DNA of 64,000 nt from assembly GCA_964016885.1 (NCBI GenBank), contig CAXHJY010001001.1:1-64000 (forward strand). Direction: 5' to 3'. The first letter of the stretch is position 1, and every line of letters begins with the position of its first letter. Of the stretch, positions 29,936 to 42,645 are shown piece after piece. The notes under the pieces are model-generated. The model made no database searches. It saw only the letters and a list, made by a program, of their open reading frames with translations, and was not told the DNA's origin. Position numbers and translations under genes: made by a program. The DNA is from Eledone cirrhosa (Eukaryota).

Positions 29936-31390
29936 ATACATACTTATCAGTCAGTCTTACTAGTTGCATTGCCAAATTGATGGAATCCTGTGTCAGAAAC
30001 ACTTTGGAACTTCTGGAACTCTCACAGTCTTATCCGGCCCTCGCAATTTGGATTTATCCCCAACTCCAGCTGCTGTGATCAACTTATCGAGTTTCTTGAA
30101 GACATCACCCGGATCACTGATGGCGGCTCATGGGTGAATGTTGTTTACCTTGACTTTGCGAAAGCTTTCAATTCTGTACCACACAAAAGGCTTATGGCAA
30201 AACTCTCTGCAATGGGTGTGAAGGATGATCTTTTTAACTGGTTGAAGTCCTTCATTCTCAGTCGAAGAGAGGTAGTCATGGTTCTGGGACAGCATTCGTC
30301 ACCATATGAGATGTCATCTGGTGTACCACAGGGATCTGTTCTTGGCCCCTTTTTGTTTGTGGCATATATTAATGACACAGATGCCAACTTAAAGAATACC
30401 ACAGTACTAAAGTACACAGATGACATCAAGCTGTACCTTGAGATAAAAAGGACAGATCCTGAACACTATAGATCTTGCTTGCAGTCTGACCTGGACACAA
30501 TGCAACAATGGATCTCAGAAGCTAGCTGTGGACAAGTGCACCACCATGCATTTTGGGAGTAAAAACCCAGTGTCCATATACTCCCTCCACAGCACTAATA
30601 TCAAGAAGTCTTCTTGTGAACGTGACCTAGGCATTACGGTCAGCAGCGATTTGCGTTGGACGAAGCACGTCTCTAAAATTGTCAAGAGGGCCGAGGGTGT
30701 CTTAGCATCACTCAGCAAGACCTTTGTCAGCCGCTCTCCAGATATCTATTTAAGTCTGAACATGGCTATGGTGCGGCCACACTTAGAATTTGCATCACCA
30801 GTCTGGAACCCCTATCTTGTTCAGAACATTGACCACCAGGAAACTGTTCAGAGATGTGCAACCAAGCGAATACCCTCCATCAGGCATCTACCATACTCTG
30901 AACGCCTTGCTTCCCTGGGCATGGATACATTGAAGCTCCGACGCCTGGCAACTGACTTGGTAAACACCCACAAAATTGTTAACCATCTTGCCAACAACAA
31001 CCCTGAGTACCTTTTTGATTTCCATGTTTCTAACACACGTGGGCATGCCCACAAAGTCAGAAAACAGTACAGTTCCCATGACTTTCGGAAACATTTTTTC
31101 ACGCCCAGAGTTGGTGAAGCATGGAACAAACTACCTGCATCAGTTGTTAGCTGTCAAGACACTGCATCCTTTAAAACCTCCATGCTTCCCGAGATTCGCC
31201 AACACTACACCTAATGTTCACATACACACATACACACATGATACACATACACACATGTATATCATGACTCATACACTATTCACTTCCCTGACATTTGTAT
31301 ATTATTCTATGTACTATACATGCACCTTTGACGAGTTGTAGTGCACCTGAGCACTTTACACAATAATTTCATTATTATTATTATTATTAT
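29936..31390 (+). mobile_element. 5'-truncated CR1/L2-group LINE, frameshifted RT
   Basis: SQFGF, VYLDFAKAFNSVPH, SGVPQGSVLGP, KYTDD, ERDLG, VRPHLEFASPVWNP, TRGH, RKHFF..RV...WNKLP; (ATT)n tail. Confidence 0.92.
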
Positions 31391-31391
31391 T

Positions 31392-31568
31392 TGAGTTCAA
31401 ATCCCGCCGAGGTTATGCTTTCCAGCATAGTTACGTCCTCCCTTTACAGTCTGAGTTCAAATCCCGCCGAGGTTAACTTTGCCTTTCATCCTTACGGGGT
31501 CGATAAAATAAAGTACCAGTAATGTACTGGGTAATTGATGGCCTTGTGCCAAAAGTAGAAACAATTAT

Positions 31569-31571
<3 letters not shown>
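31392..31571 (+). mobile_element. SINE family B, 5'-rearranged
   Basis: Duplicated tgagttcaaatcccgccgaggtta followed by the family core and tail. Confidence 0.75.
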
Positions 31572-31604
<33 letters not shown>

Positions 31605-31736
31605 CATATATACACACACGCACATATATATATATATAAATCATATACATACATATATATATGTATGATTTATATAGTAAAATCCAAAGAGGGCTCAATA
31701 AGGATAAATATATATCAGATATATAAGAACCGTAGA

Positions 31737-31865
31737 TTATTAAAATAACAGATTAAAGTTTAAGCAAAGAATTGCTGCTTTCACCCTTAATGGTATCTTC
31801 AGAAGATCCCGTTAAGGGTGAAAGCAGCGATTCTTTGCTTAAACTTTAATCTGTTATTTTAATAA
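31737..31865. repeat. About 128-bp near-perfect palindrome centred on tcttcagaaga (HHR-like family also at about 28003, 38321, 42540)
   Basis: ttattaaaataacag...ctgttattttaataa with 3-4 mismatches. Confidence 0.85.
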
Positions 31866-31884
31866 ATATAATTTTTATATATAT

Positions 31885-32228
31885 GGAGGCACATGGCTTA
31901 GTGGTTAGAGCATTGGCCTTGCAATCGAAAGGTTATGAGTTCAATTCTCAGACCGGGTGATGTGTTGTTTCCTTGAGCAAGACGCTTTATTTCACATTGC
32001 TCCAGTTTACTCAGCTGTAGAAATGAGATGATAGGGACTGGGGTCCATATCATTCCATTGCAAAGTGGTCGTGGAGGGGCCACGGAATAAAAGCACCCAG
32101 CACTCACTGTAAATGAGGTTGGTGTTATGGAGGGCATCCAGCTGTAGAAATCAAGCCAGAATCAGTTCCCGTCTCACCCTTGCAAGCAGGGAAAAGTGGA
32201 CGTAAAATGATGATGATGATGATGATGA
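31885..32228 (+). mobile_element. Full-length tRNA-derived SINE (family A) with RTE-derived 3' tail
   Basis: A box TGGCTTAGTGG, B box GAGTTCAATTC, ccttgagcaagac core, tail cacccttgcaagcagggaaaagtggacgtaaaa(tga)n. Confidence 0.88.
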
Positions 32229-32294
32229 TATATATATATCTATCTATATATATATATATACATCATATACAGACACACACATATATATATAAAT

Positions 32295-32343
<49 letters not shown>

Positions 32344-32481
32344 GGAAAGTTATATTTAAATTGTTGGGTTACAACTAGTAAATATTTATAACTGATATAA
32401 AAGCACTCAACAACTTTTTCAAATACAAGTCGATGTTGAACGGTATGTCAAATCTATTTATCTATAAAACTGTCTATATTG

Positions 32482-32547
32482 TATTTTGTCTGAAGAAGGC
32501 ATAACATATTGTTAATATGATATCCCTGAAATATATATAATGAAATA
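32482..32547 (+). ncRNA. Type-I hammerhead ribozyme in short element 32343-32590
   Basis: tattttgt-CTGAAGA-aggcata...tatgatatccct-GAAA-tatata-TA-atgaaata. The element starts with an inverted copy of its own 3' tip (32343-32408). Confidence 0.78.
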
Positions 32548-32807
32548 AATATCGTTTTATAAATATAGTTTCCATTTATTTAATATCGTATATATATATA
32601 TATATATATAGGAACCAGTAAGACCTCGACGGCTGATAAATCATATATATATACATACATATGTATAAAACAAGTGTCCTAGATTTTTAGTCTTACTCTC
32701 CATTATTAAGTCCAAGTTATTTCTTACATAACAGGATTTAGTGGGGGGAGGGGGGGTCAGCCCAGCTGCATGTAATAGGGCTGACTACAATACTGACTAC
32801 TGCTGTT

Positions 32808-32808
32808 G

Positions 32809-32846
<38 letters not shown>

Positions 32847-33203
32847 GCTACTACTACTACTACTACTGTTACTACTACTGCTGCTACTACTACTACTACT
32901 ACTACTAATATTACTACTACTATACTACTACTATTACTACTACTACTACTACATCACCAACAACAGTAACAACAACAGTAACAACAACAACATAACAACA
33001 ACAACAGTAACAACAACAACAACAGTAACAACAACAACAACAACAACAGTAACAACAACAACAACAACAACAACAGTAACAACAGTAACAACACTTACTT
33101 TTCCCAGTAGACATTTTAAGATGTTGATCCTAGTTTTAACAACGTTTCTTTGTCCCTCATGTCTGTCTGTCTGTCTGTCTGTTTATCTCACTCCCCCTTT
33201 CTT

Positions 33204-33254
<51 letters not shown>

Positions 33255-33269
33255 TTCTCGCTCTTTCTT

Positions 33270-33312
<43 letters not shown>

Positions 33313-33520
33313 ATACCCCTCTTTCTTTGTCTGTCTGTCTCTCTCTCTCTATCGCTCTCTCCCTCTCACAATCTCCCTCCTTCTTTGTCTGTCTGTCTCT
33401 CTCTCTCTCACTCTCCCTCTTTCTTTGTCTGTCTGTCTTCCTCTCTCTCTCTCACTCTCTGTCTATCGCTCTCTCTCTCACAATCTCCCTCTTTCTCTGT
33501 CTGTTTATCTCCCCTTTGTG
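32808..33520. repeat. (CTA)n, (CAA)n and (CT)/(GTCT)n microsatellites
   Basis: Direct inspection. Confidence 0.9.
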
Positions 33521-35429
33521 TCTATCTTGTCAGTGGCCAACACGTTTGTGCAATATCATGGCAGCTGGTGAGGGTGGTGGTGGTGGTGTAGTGTAGTAGT
33601 AGTGGTGTAGTGTAGTACTGGTGGTGGTGGTGGTGGTGGGTGGTGTAGTGTAGTAGTGGTGAGGGTGGTGGTGGTGTAGTGTAGTAGTGGTGAGGGTGGT
33701 GGTGGTGTAGTGTAGTAGTAGTGGTGTAGTGTAGTATTGGTGGTGGTGTAGTGTAGTAGTGGTGGTGGTGGTGGTGGTGATGGTGGTGTAGTGTAGTAGT
33801 AGTAGTGGTGTAGTGTAGTACTGGTGATGGTGGTGGTGTAGTGTAGTAGTAGTAGTATTGGTGTAGTGTAGTACTGGTGGTGGTGTAGTGTAGTAGTAGT
33901 AGTAGTAGTAGTGGTGTAGTGTAGTACTGGTGATGGTGGTGTAGTGTAGTAATAGTAGTAATAGTGTAGTGTAGTACTGGTGGTGATGGTGGTGTAGTGT
34001 AGTAGTAGTAGTAGTAGTAGTGGTGTAGTGTAGTACTGGTGATGGTGGTGTAGTGTAGTAATAGTAGTAATAGTGTAGTGTAGTACTGGTGGTGATGGTG
34101 GTGTAGTGTAGTAGTAGTAGTAGTAGTAGTGGTGTAGTGTAGTACTGGTGGTGATGGTGGTGTAGTGTAGTACTGGTGGTGGTGGTGGTGGTGTAGTGTA
34201 GTAGTAGTAGTATTGGTGTAGTGTAGTACTGGTGGAGATGGTGGTGGTGTAGTGTAGTACTGGTGATGGTGGTGGTGTAGTGTAGTAGTAGTAGTGGTGT
34301 AGTGTAGTACTGGTGGTGGTGGTAGTGGTGATGGTGGGGTAGTGTAGTACTGGTGGTGGTGGTGGTGGTGGTGTAGTGTAGTAGTAGTGGTGTAGTGTAG
34401 TACTGGTGGTGGTGGTGGTGTAGTGTAGTAGTAGTGGTGTAGTGTAGTACTGGTGGTGATGGTGGTGTAGTGTAGTAGTAGTAGTAGTAGTAGTAGTGGT
34501 GTAGTGTAGTACTGGTGATGGTGGTGGTGTAGTGTAGTAGTAGTAGTAGTAATAGTGTAGTGTAGTACTGGTGGTGATGGTGGTGTAGTGTAGTAGTAGT
34601 AGTAGTTATGGTGTAGTGTAGTACTGGTGGTGGTGGTGGTGGTGGTGATGGTGGGGTAGTGTAGTACTGGTGGTGGTGGTGGTGTAGTGTAGTAGTAGTA
34701 GTAGTTATGGTGTAGTGTAGTACTGGTGGTGATGGTGGTGTAGTGTAGTAGTAGTAGTAGTTATGGTGTAGTGTAGTACTGGTGGTGGTGGTGGTGGTGG
34801 TGATGGTGGGGTAGTGTAGTACTGGTGGTGGTGGTGGTGTAGTGTAGTAGTAGTGGTGTAGTGTAGTACTGGTGGAGATGGTGGTGGTGTAGTGTAGTAG
34901 TAGTGGTGTAGTGTAGTACTGGTGGTGATGGTGGTGTAGTGTAGTAGTAGTAGTAATGGTGTAGTGTAGTACTGGTGGTGATGGTGGTGTAGTGTAGTAG
35001 TAGTAGTAGTAGTAGTGGTGTAGTGTAGTACTGGTGATGGTGGTGGTGTAGTGTAGTAGTAGTAGTAATGGTGTAGTGTAGTACTGGTGGTGTTGATGGT
35101 GTAGTAGTAGTAGTAGTAGTAGTGGTGTAGTGTAGTACTGGTGGTGGTGGTGGTGTAGTGTAGTAGTAGTAGTAGTGATGTAGTGTAGTACTGGTGATGG
35201 TGATGGTGGTGGTGGTGATGGTGGTGTAGTGTAGTAGTAGTAGTGTAGTACTGGTGGTGGTAGTGTAGTGTAGTAGTAGTGGTGTAGTATAGTACTGGTG
35301 ATGGTGGTGGTGGTGTAGTGTAGTACTGGTGGTGGTGGTGGTGGTGGTGCATTGTAGTAGTAGTAGTGGTGTAGTGTAGTACTGGTGGTGGTGGTGATGG
35401 TGGTGTAGTGTAGTACTGGTGGTGGTGGT

Positions 35430-36070
35430 GTTGGTATGTAGGGTACTCTAAGAACTGGGGGGAGGGGGGGTTGGTATGTAAGGTACTCTAAGAACTGGGG
35501 GGTAGTGATGTTGGTATGTAGGGTACTCTAAGAACTGGGGGGTGGGGTATTGGTATGTAGGGTACTCTAAGAACTGGGGGGTAGTGATGTTGGTATGTAG
35601 GGTACTCTAAGAACTGGGGGGTGGGGTATTGGTATGTAGGGTACTCTAAGAACTGGGGGGTAGTGGTGTTGGTATGTAGGGTACTCTAATAACTGTGGGG
35701 TGGTGGTGTTGGTATGTAGGGTACTCTAAGAACTGGGGGTGGTGGTGTTGGTATGTAGGGTACTATAAGAACTGGGGGGTAGTGGTGTTGGTATGTAGGT
35801 TACTCTAAGATCTGGGGGTGGTGGTGTTGGTATGTATGGTACTCTAAGAACTGGGGGGGGGGGGTATAGGGTACTCTAAGAACTGGGGTGGTGTTGGTAT
35901 GTAGGGTACTCTAAGAACTGGGGGGTGTTGGTATGTAGGGTACTCTAAGAACTGGGGGGTGTTGGTTGTAGGGTACTCTAAGAACTGGGGGGGGTATGTA
36001 GGTACTCTAAGAAATGGGGGGTATGTAGGGTACTCTAAGAATTGGGGGTGGGGGTGGTATGTAGGGTACC
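35430..36070. repeat. About 27-34-bp minisatellite ggtatgtagggtactctaagaactgggg (also 39968-40392)
   Basis: Tandem units with a variable G tract. Inverted copy of the unit plus flank at 36472-36572 and 40783-40947. Confidence 0.9.
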
Positions 36071-36199
36071 CTTTCAGGTTATTCACCCTACTTTTTAGCA
36101 TCTGTGCACATGAGCGCAATATTCTTGCAGTAATACAGAGTACCCGACCTCCCATGGGTACAAGCTGAAGCATATAGACAACATCTCCCCCCCCCCCAC

Positions 36200-36470
36200 C
36201 GCAAGGTAGTCGTGGAGGTGACACGACAAAAAAGCACCCAGCCACACTGTAAAGTGGATGTGTAGGCGCCACGAAAAAGCACCCAGCACTCACTGTAAAT
36301 GAGGTTGGTGTTAGGAAGGGCATCCAGCTGTAGAAATCAAGTCAAATCAGTTCCTGTATGAGCAAGGCATGGTCAGCCGACCAGACACTGCCCACAACAG
36401 AACAACCCGTCTAACCCATGCTAGCATGGAAGAACGGACGTAAAACGGTGATGATGATGATGATGATGAT
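36200..36470 (+). mobile_element. SINE family A 3' portion (also about 40525-40780)
   Basis: aaagcacccagcactcactgtaaatgaggttggtgttaggaagggcatccagctg...ggacgtaaaacgg(tga)n. Confidence 0.75.
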
Positions 36471-36667
36471 AAAGAATATTGCGCTCATGTGCACAGATGC
36501 TAAAAAGAAGGGTGAATAACCTGAAAGGGTACCCTACATACCAACACCAACCACCCCCCAGTTCTTAGAGTAAATGATGTAGTCACTATTTAAAAACTCA
36601 TAGTGAATGGTCTTCTAAATGTTTTTAATTAAACATACGGTATATTGCTAAATCTACTATACATACA

Positions 36668-36724
<57 letters not shown>

Positions 36725-36953
36725 TTCCTCCCAACTTGTAGAAAACTTATGATGAAACGATTGTTTGGAAAGAGAGATATACTTTAACTTTAATTATATC
36801 TCATAAAATAATACAACTGGTTTTTCCACATTATACATATTGTTAGCACCCCAAACACTTAAATTGGGTTTATATTTAAATATAACCTAATGTTTGTTGA
36901 GTGAGATGGTTACCAGTCAGAGTTTAGCTTTAAACTATCTCTGTTATTGTATT

Positions 36954-37017
<64 letters not shown>

Positions 37018-37215
37018 TATATACAGATAAATCTACCAATCAATGGTAGGGTCTAAACCGTATGAAGAACTCAATGTAATCCGTATGTAGATGACGTCAA
37101 GCGAAGTTTAAAATACAAAAATTTTCAACGAAATAATTCATTGGATACAGAGTCAAAAATAGAAATATGAAAACAATGAAATTAAACACAAAACGGTTAA
37201 TTCATAGTAAAACTC

Positions 37216-37341
37216 ATTATTTTACGATCGTTTTCTGGGGGGTAGTTCCCCGTATGTCCATTCTATTATTGATCTATGTAAAATATTACAAAATATCATA
37301 GTAAGAAAAAATACATGTCTTCACTACCCGCCGTCTTCAGA

Positions 37342-37347
<6 letters not shown>
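37216..37347 (-). ncRNA. Hammerhead motif with extended stem II (one extra A after GAAA)
   Basis: Paralog of 41587-41717. Confidence 0.55.
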
Positions 37348-37383
<36 letters not shown>

Positions 37384-37409
37384 ATAGAGGTGTAACACAC
37401 GAGTTGTGA

Positions 37410-38017
37410 TATATTAGTAAAAGGAAAAGAAAATGGTGACACATTTTTCCCAGTGAAAAATAGTTTAATTAGGAATAAGTAAAAATTACTAATAAGTATT
37501 GGTTACTATTCAGTTTTAGTTTTAGTTTTAAGTTTTTACCGGTTGCGCATTTCTAATGCTTTTCAAAAGTAATTTTGAGATAGAGCGCCCGTGATGTTTG
37601 CTCTAATCTGATTAGAGTAAACATCACGGGCGCCCTATCTCAAAATTATTTTTATTAGAGTAAACATCACGGGCGCCCTATCTCAAAATTATTTTTATTA
37701 GAGTAAACATCACGGGCGCCCTATCTCAAAATTATTTTTATTAGAGCAAACATCACGGGCGCTCTATCTCAAAATTATTTTTATTAGAGCAAACATCACG
37801 GGCGCTCTATCTCAAAATTATTTTTATTAGAGCAAACATCACGGGCGCTCTATCTCAAAATTATTTTTGAAAAGCATTAGAAATGCGCAGCCGGTAAAAA
37901 CTTAAAACTAAAACTGAATAGTAACCAATACTTATTACTAATTTTTACTTATTCCTAATTAAACTATTTTTCACTGGGAAAAATTTGTCAGCATTTTCTT
38001 TTCCTTTTACTAATATA
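37410..38017. repeat. Fold-back element with six 43-bp tandem units at the pivot (paralog about 41821-42423)
   Basis: About 200-bp inverted arms. Unit attagag(t/c)aaacatcacgggcgc(c/t)ctatctcaaaattattttt x6. Confidence 0.9.
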
Positions 38018-38087
38018 TATATATATATGTATATATATATATTAGGTATAGGATTTTTTTTATGATGTCTACCTGTTATTATTCATT

Positions 38088-38133
<46 letters not shown>

Positions 38134-38197
38134 AGTTTATGTTGGTTGTATACCACACCTCAGTATGCAGACTGGAGCACTCGACATACTAATTCAA

Positions 38198-38252
38198 ACT
38201 GCCTGAAGAGGTCACAGCCAAAAATGGCTGTCACTGAAATATATATAGCAGT
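38198..38252 (+). ncRNA. Minimal type-I hammerhead ribozyme
   Basis: actgc-CTGAAGA-ggtcacagccaaaaatggctgtcact-GAAA-tatata-TA-gcagt. Confidence 0.88.
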
Positions 38253-39634
38253 AATAAACGAAGCTAAATTTTAATCATTTAACTTTTATTTAACTTTATT
38301 TTATATATATATATATATATTTATTAAAATAACAGATTAAAGTTTAAGCAAAGAATCGCTGCTTTCACCCTTAACGGGATCTTCTGAATATGTATGTATG
38401 TATGTATATATATGTATGTGTATATATATCTAGTTAGGCAGCGGGACAGGCAGATGGTGTCAAATACCAAGGCATAACCTGGGGAAGAATATACCATACA
38501 GCATAGGTTAGTCGTTAGTGATATCTCAGTAAGCAACAGATGGAATGTGATACACAGGAAGTTGTGGTGAAGAAAGGTCTGGTGGTGGTGGTGGTGGTGA
38601 TGGTGGGGTAGTGTAGTACTGGTGGTGGTAGTGGTGTAGTGTAGCAGTAGTGGTGTAGTGTAGTACTGGTGGTGATGGTGGGGTAGTGTAGTACTGGTGG
38701 TGGTAGTGGTGTAGTGTAGTAGTAGTTGTGTAGTGTAGTACTGTGGTGATGGTGGGGTAGTGTAGTACTGGTGGTGGTAGTGGTGTAGTGTAGTATTAGT
38801 GGTGTAGTGTAGTACTGGTGGTGATGGTGGGGTAGTGTAGTACTGGTGGTGGTAGTGGTGTAGTGTAGCAGTAGTGGTGTAGTGTAGTACTGGTGGTGAT
38901 GGTGGGGTAGTGTAGTACTGGTGGTGATGGTGGTGTAGTGTAGTAGTAGTGGTGTAGTGTAGTACTGGTGGTGATGGTGGGGTAGTGTAGTACTGGTGGT
39001 GATGGTGGTGTAGTGTAGTAGTAGTGGTGTAGTGTAGTACTGGTGGTGATGGTGGGGTAGTGTTGTACTGGTGGTGGTAGGGGTGTAGTGGTAGTAGTAG
39101 TGGTGTAGTGTAGTACTGGTGGTGATGGTGGGGTAGTGTAGTACTGGTGGTGATGGTGGGTAGTGTAGTACTGGTGGTGGTGATGGTGGTGTGTAGTGTA
39201 GTAGTAGTAGTAGTGGTGTAGTGTAGTACTGGTGGTGATGATGGTGGTGTAGTGTAGTAGTAGTAGTAGTGGTGTAGTGTAGTACTGGTGATGGTGGTGG
39301 TGTAGTGTAGTAGTAGTAGTAGTAGTGGTGTAGTGTAGTGCTGGTGGTGGTGGTGGTGTAGTGTAGTATTAGTAGTAATGGTGTAGTGTAGTACTGGTGG
39401 TGATGGTGGTGTAGTGTAGTAGTAGTAGTAATGGTGTAGTACTGGTGATGATGGTGGTTTGTGTAGTAGTAGTAGTAGTAGTAGTGGTGTAGTGTAGTAC
39501 TGGTGGTGATGGTGGTGTAGTGTAGTAGTAGTAGGTAGTAGTAGTGGTGTAGTGTAGTACTGGTGGTGATGGTGGTGTAGTGTAGTAGTAGTAGTAATGG
39601 TGTAGTGTAGTACTGGTGGTGATGGTGGTGTAGT

Positions 39635-39670
<36 letters not shown>

Positions 39671-41043
39671 TAGTGTAGTACTGGTGGTGATGGTGGTGTA
39701 GTGTAGTAGTAGTAGTAATGGTGTAGTGTAGTACTGGTGGTGATGGTGGTGTAGTAGTAGTAGTAGTAGTAGTGGTGTAGTGTAGTACTGGTGGTGATGG
39801 TGGTGTAGTGTAGTAGTAGTAGTAATGGTGTAGTGTAGTACTGGTGGTGATGGTGGTGTAGTAGTAGTAGTAGTAGTAGTGGTGTAGTGTAGTACTGGTG
39901 ATGGTGGTGGTGTAGTGTAGTACTGGTGGTGGTGGTGGTGTAGTGTAGTACTGGTGGTGGTGGGTGTAGGTATGTAGGGTACTCTAAGAACTGGGGGGGT
40001 GTTGGTATGTAAGGTACTCTAAGAACTGGGGGTAGTGGTGTTGGTATGTAGGGTACTCTAAGAACTGGGGGGGGGGGGGGGGGTATGTAGGGTACTCTAA
40101 GAACTGGGGGGTGTTGGTATGTAGGGTACTCTAAGAACTGGGGGGGTGTTCGTATGTAGGGTACTCTAAGAACTGGGGGTGGTCGTGTTGGTATGTAGGT
40201 ACTCTAAGAAATGGGGGGGTATGTAGGGTACTCTAAGAACTGGGGGGGTATGTAGGTACTCTAAGAAATGGGGGGTATGTAGGGTACTCTAAGAACTGGG
40301 GGGTATGTAGGGTACTCTAAGAACGGGGGGGGGTGTTGGTATGTAGGGTACTCTAAGAACTGGGGGGGTGGTGGTGTTGGTATGTAGGGTACCCTTTCAG
40401 GTTATTCACCCTACTTTTTAGCATCTGTGCACATGAGCTCAATATTCTTGCAGTAATACAGAGTACCCGACCTCCCATGGGTAGAAGCTGAAGCATATAG
40501 ACAATATCTCCCCCCCCCCACCGCAAGGTGGTCGTGGAGGTGACACGACAAAAAAGCACCCAGCCACACTGTAAAGTGGATGTGTAGGCGCCACGAAAAA
40601 GCACCCAGCACTCACTGTAAATGAGGTTGGTGTTAGGAAGGGCATCCAGCTGTAGAAATCAAGTCAAATCAGTTCCTGTATGAGCAAGGCATGGTCAACC
40701 AACCAGACACTGCCCACAGCAGGACAACCCGTCTAACCCATGCTAGCATGGAAGAACGGACGTAAAACGGTGATGATGATAAAGAATATTGCGCTCATGT
40801 GCGCAGATGCTAAAAAGAAGGGTGAATAACCTGAAAGGGTACCCTACATATCCCCCCCCCAGTTCTTAGAGTACCCTACATACCAACACCCCCCCCAGTT
40901 CTTAGAGTACCATACATACCAACACCACCACCCCCAGTTCTTAGAGTAAATGATGTAGTCACTATTTTAAAACTCATAGTGAATGGTCTTCTAAATGTTT
41001 TTAATTAAACATACGGTGTATTGCTAAATATACTATACATACA

Positions 41044-41088
<45 letters not shown>

Positions 41089-41316
41089 TTCCTCCCAACT
41101 TGTAGAAACTTATGATGAAACGATTGTTTGGAAAGAGAGATATACTTTAACTTTAATTATATCTCATAAAATAATACAACTGGTTTTTCCACATTATACA
41201 TATTGTTAGCACCCCAAACACTTAAATTGGGTTTATATTTAAATATAACCTAATGTTTGTTGAGTGAGATGGTTACCAGTCAGAGTTTAGCTTTAAACTA
41301 TCTCTGTTATTGTATT

Positions 41317-41399
<83 letters not shown>

Positions 41400-41586
41400 T
41401 AAATCTACCAATCAATGGTAGGGTCTAAACCGTATGAAGAACTCAATGTAATCCGTATGTAGATGTCGTCAAGCGAAGTTTAAAATACAAAATTTTCAAC
41501 GAAATAATTCATTGGATACAGAGTCAAAAATAGAAATATGAAAACAATGAAATTAAACACAAAACGGTTAATTCATAGTAAAACTC

Positions 41587-41711
41587 ATTATTTTACGATC
41601 GTTTCTGGGGTGTAGTTCCCCGTATGTCCATTCTATTATTGATCTATGTAAAATATTACAAAATATCATAGTAAGAAAAAATACATGTCTTCACTACCCG
41701 CCGTCTTCAGA

Positions 41712-41717
<6 letters not shown>
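41587..41717 (-). ncRNA. Type-I hammerhead with about 100-nt stem II domain
   Basis: Minus: attattt-CTGAAGA-cggcgggtagt...actacacccca-GAAA-cgatcg-TA-aaataat. Confidence 0.65.
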
Positions 41718-41795
<78 letters not shown>

Positions 41796-42493
41796 ATAGA
41801 GGTGTAACACACGAGTTGTGATATATTAGTAAAAGGAAAAGAAAATGGTGACACATTTTTCCCAGTGAAAAATAGTTTAATTAGGAATAAGTAAAAATTA
41901 CTAATAAGTATTGGTTACTATTCAGTTTTAGTTTTAAGTTTTTACCGGTTGCGCATTTCTAATGCTTTTCAAAAGTAATTTTGAGATAGAGCGCCCGTGA
42001 TGTTTGCTCTAATCTGATTAGAGTAAACATCACGGGCGCCCTATCTCAAAATTATTTTTATTAGAGTAAACATCACGGGCGCCCTATCTCAAAATTATTT
42101 TTATTAGAGCAAACATCACGGGCGCCCTATCTCAAAATTATTTTTATTAGAGCAAACATCACGGGCGCTCTATCTCAAAATTATTTTTATTAGAGCAAAC
42201 ATCACGGGCGCTCTATCTCAAAATTATTTTTATTAGAGCAAACATCACGGGCGCTCTATCTCAAAATTATTTTTGAAAAGCATTAGAAATGCGCAACCGG
42301 TAAAAACTTAAAACTAAAACTGAATAGTAACCAATACTTATTACTAATTTTTACTTATTCCTAATTAAACTATTTTTCACTGGGAAAATTTTGTCAGCAT
42401 TTTCTTTTCCTTTTACTAATATATATATATATATGTATATATATATATTAGGTATAGGATTTTTTTTCTGATGTCTACCTGTTATTATTCATT

Positions 42494-42543
<50 letters not shown>

Positions 42544-42645
42544 TAAAATAACAGATTAAAGTTTAAGCAAAAAATCGCTGCTTTCACCCTTAACGGGATC
42601 TTCTGAATATGTATGTATGTATATATATGTATGTGTATATATATC

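Noticed and set aside
31885-31960. tRNA gene
   Set aside because: The tRNA-like head continues into a SINE body and LINE tail, and there is no intact cloverleaf.
32806-35352. Poly-Leu, Ser-Leu and His/Tyr/Thr ORFs
   Set aside because: Microsatellite translations.
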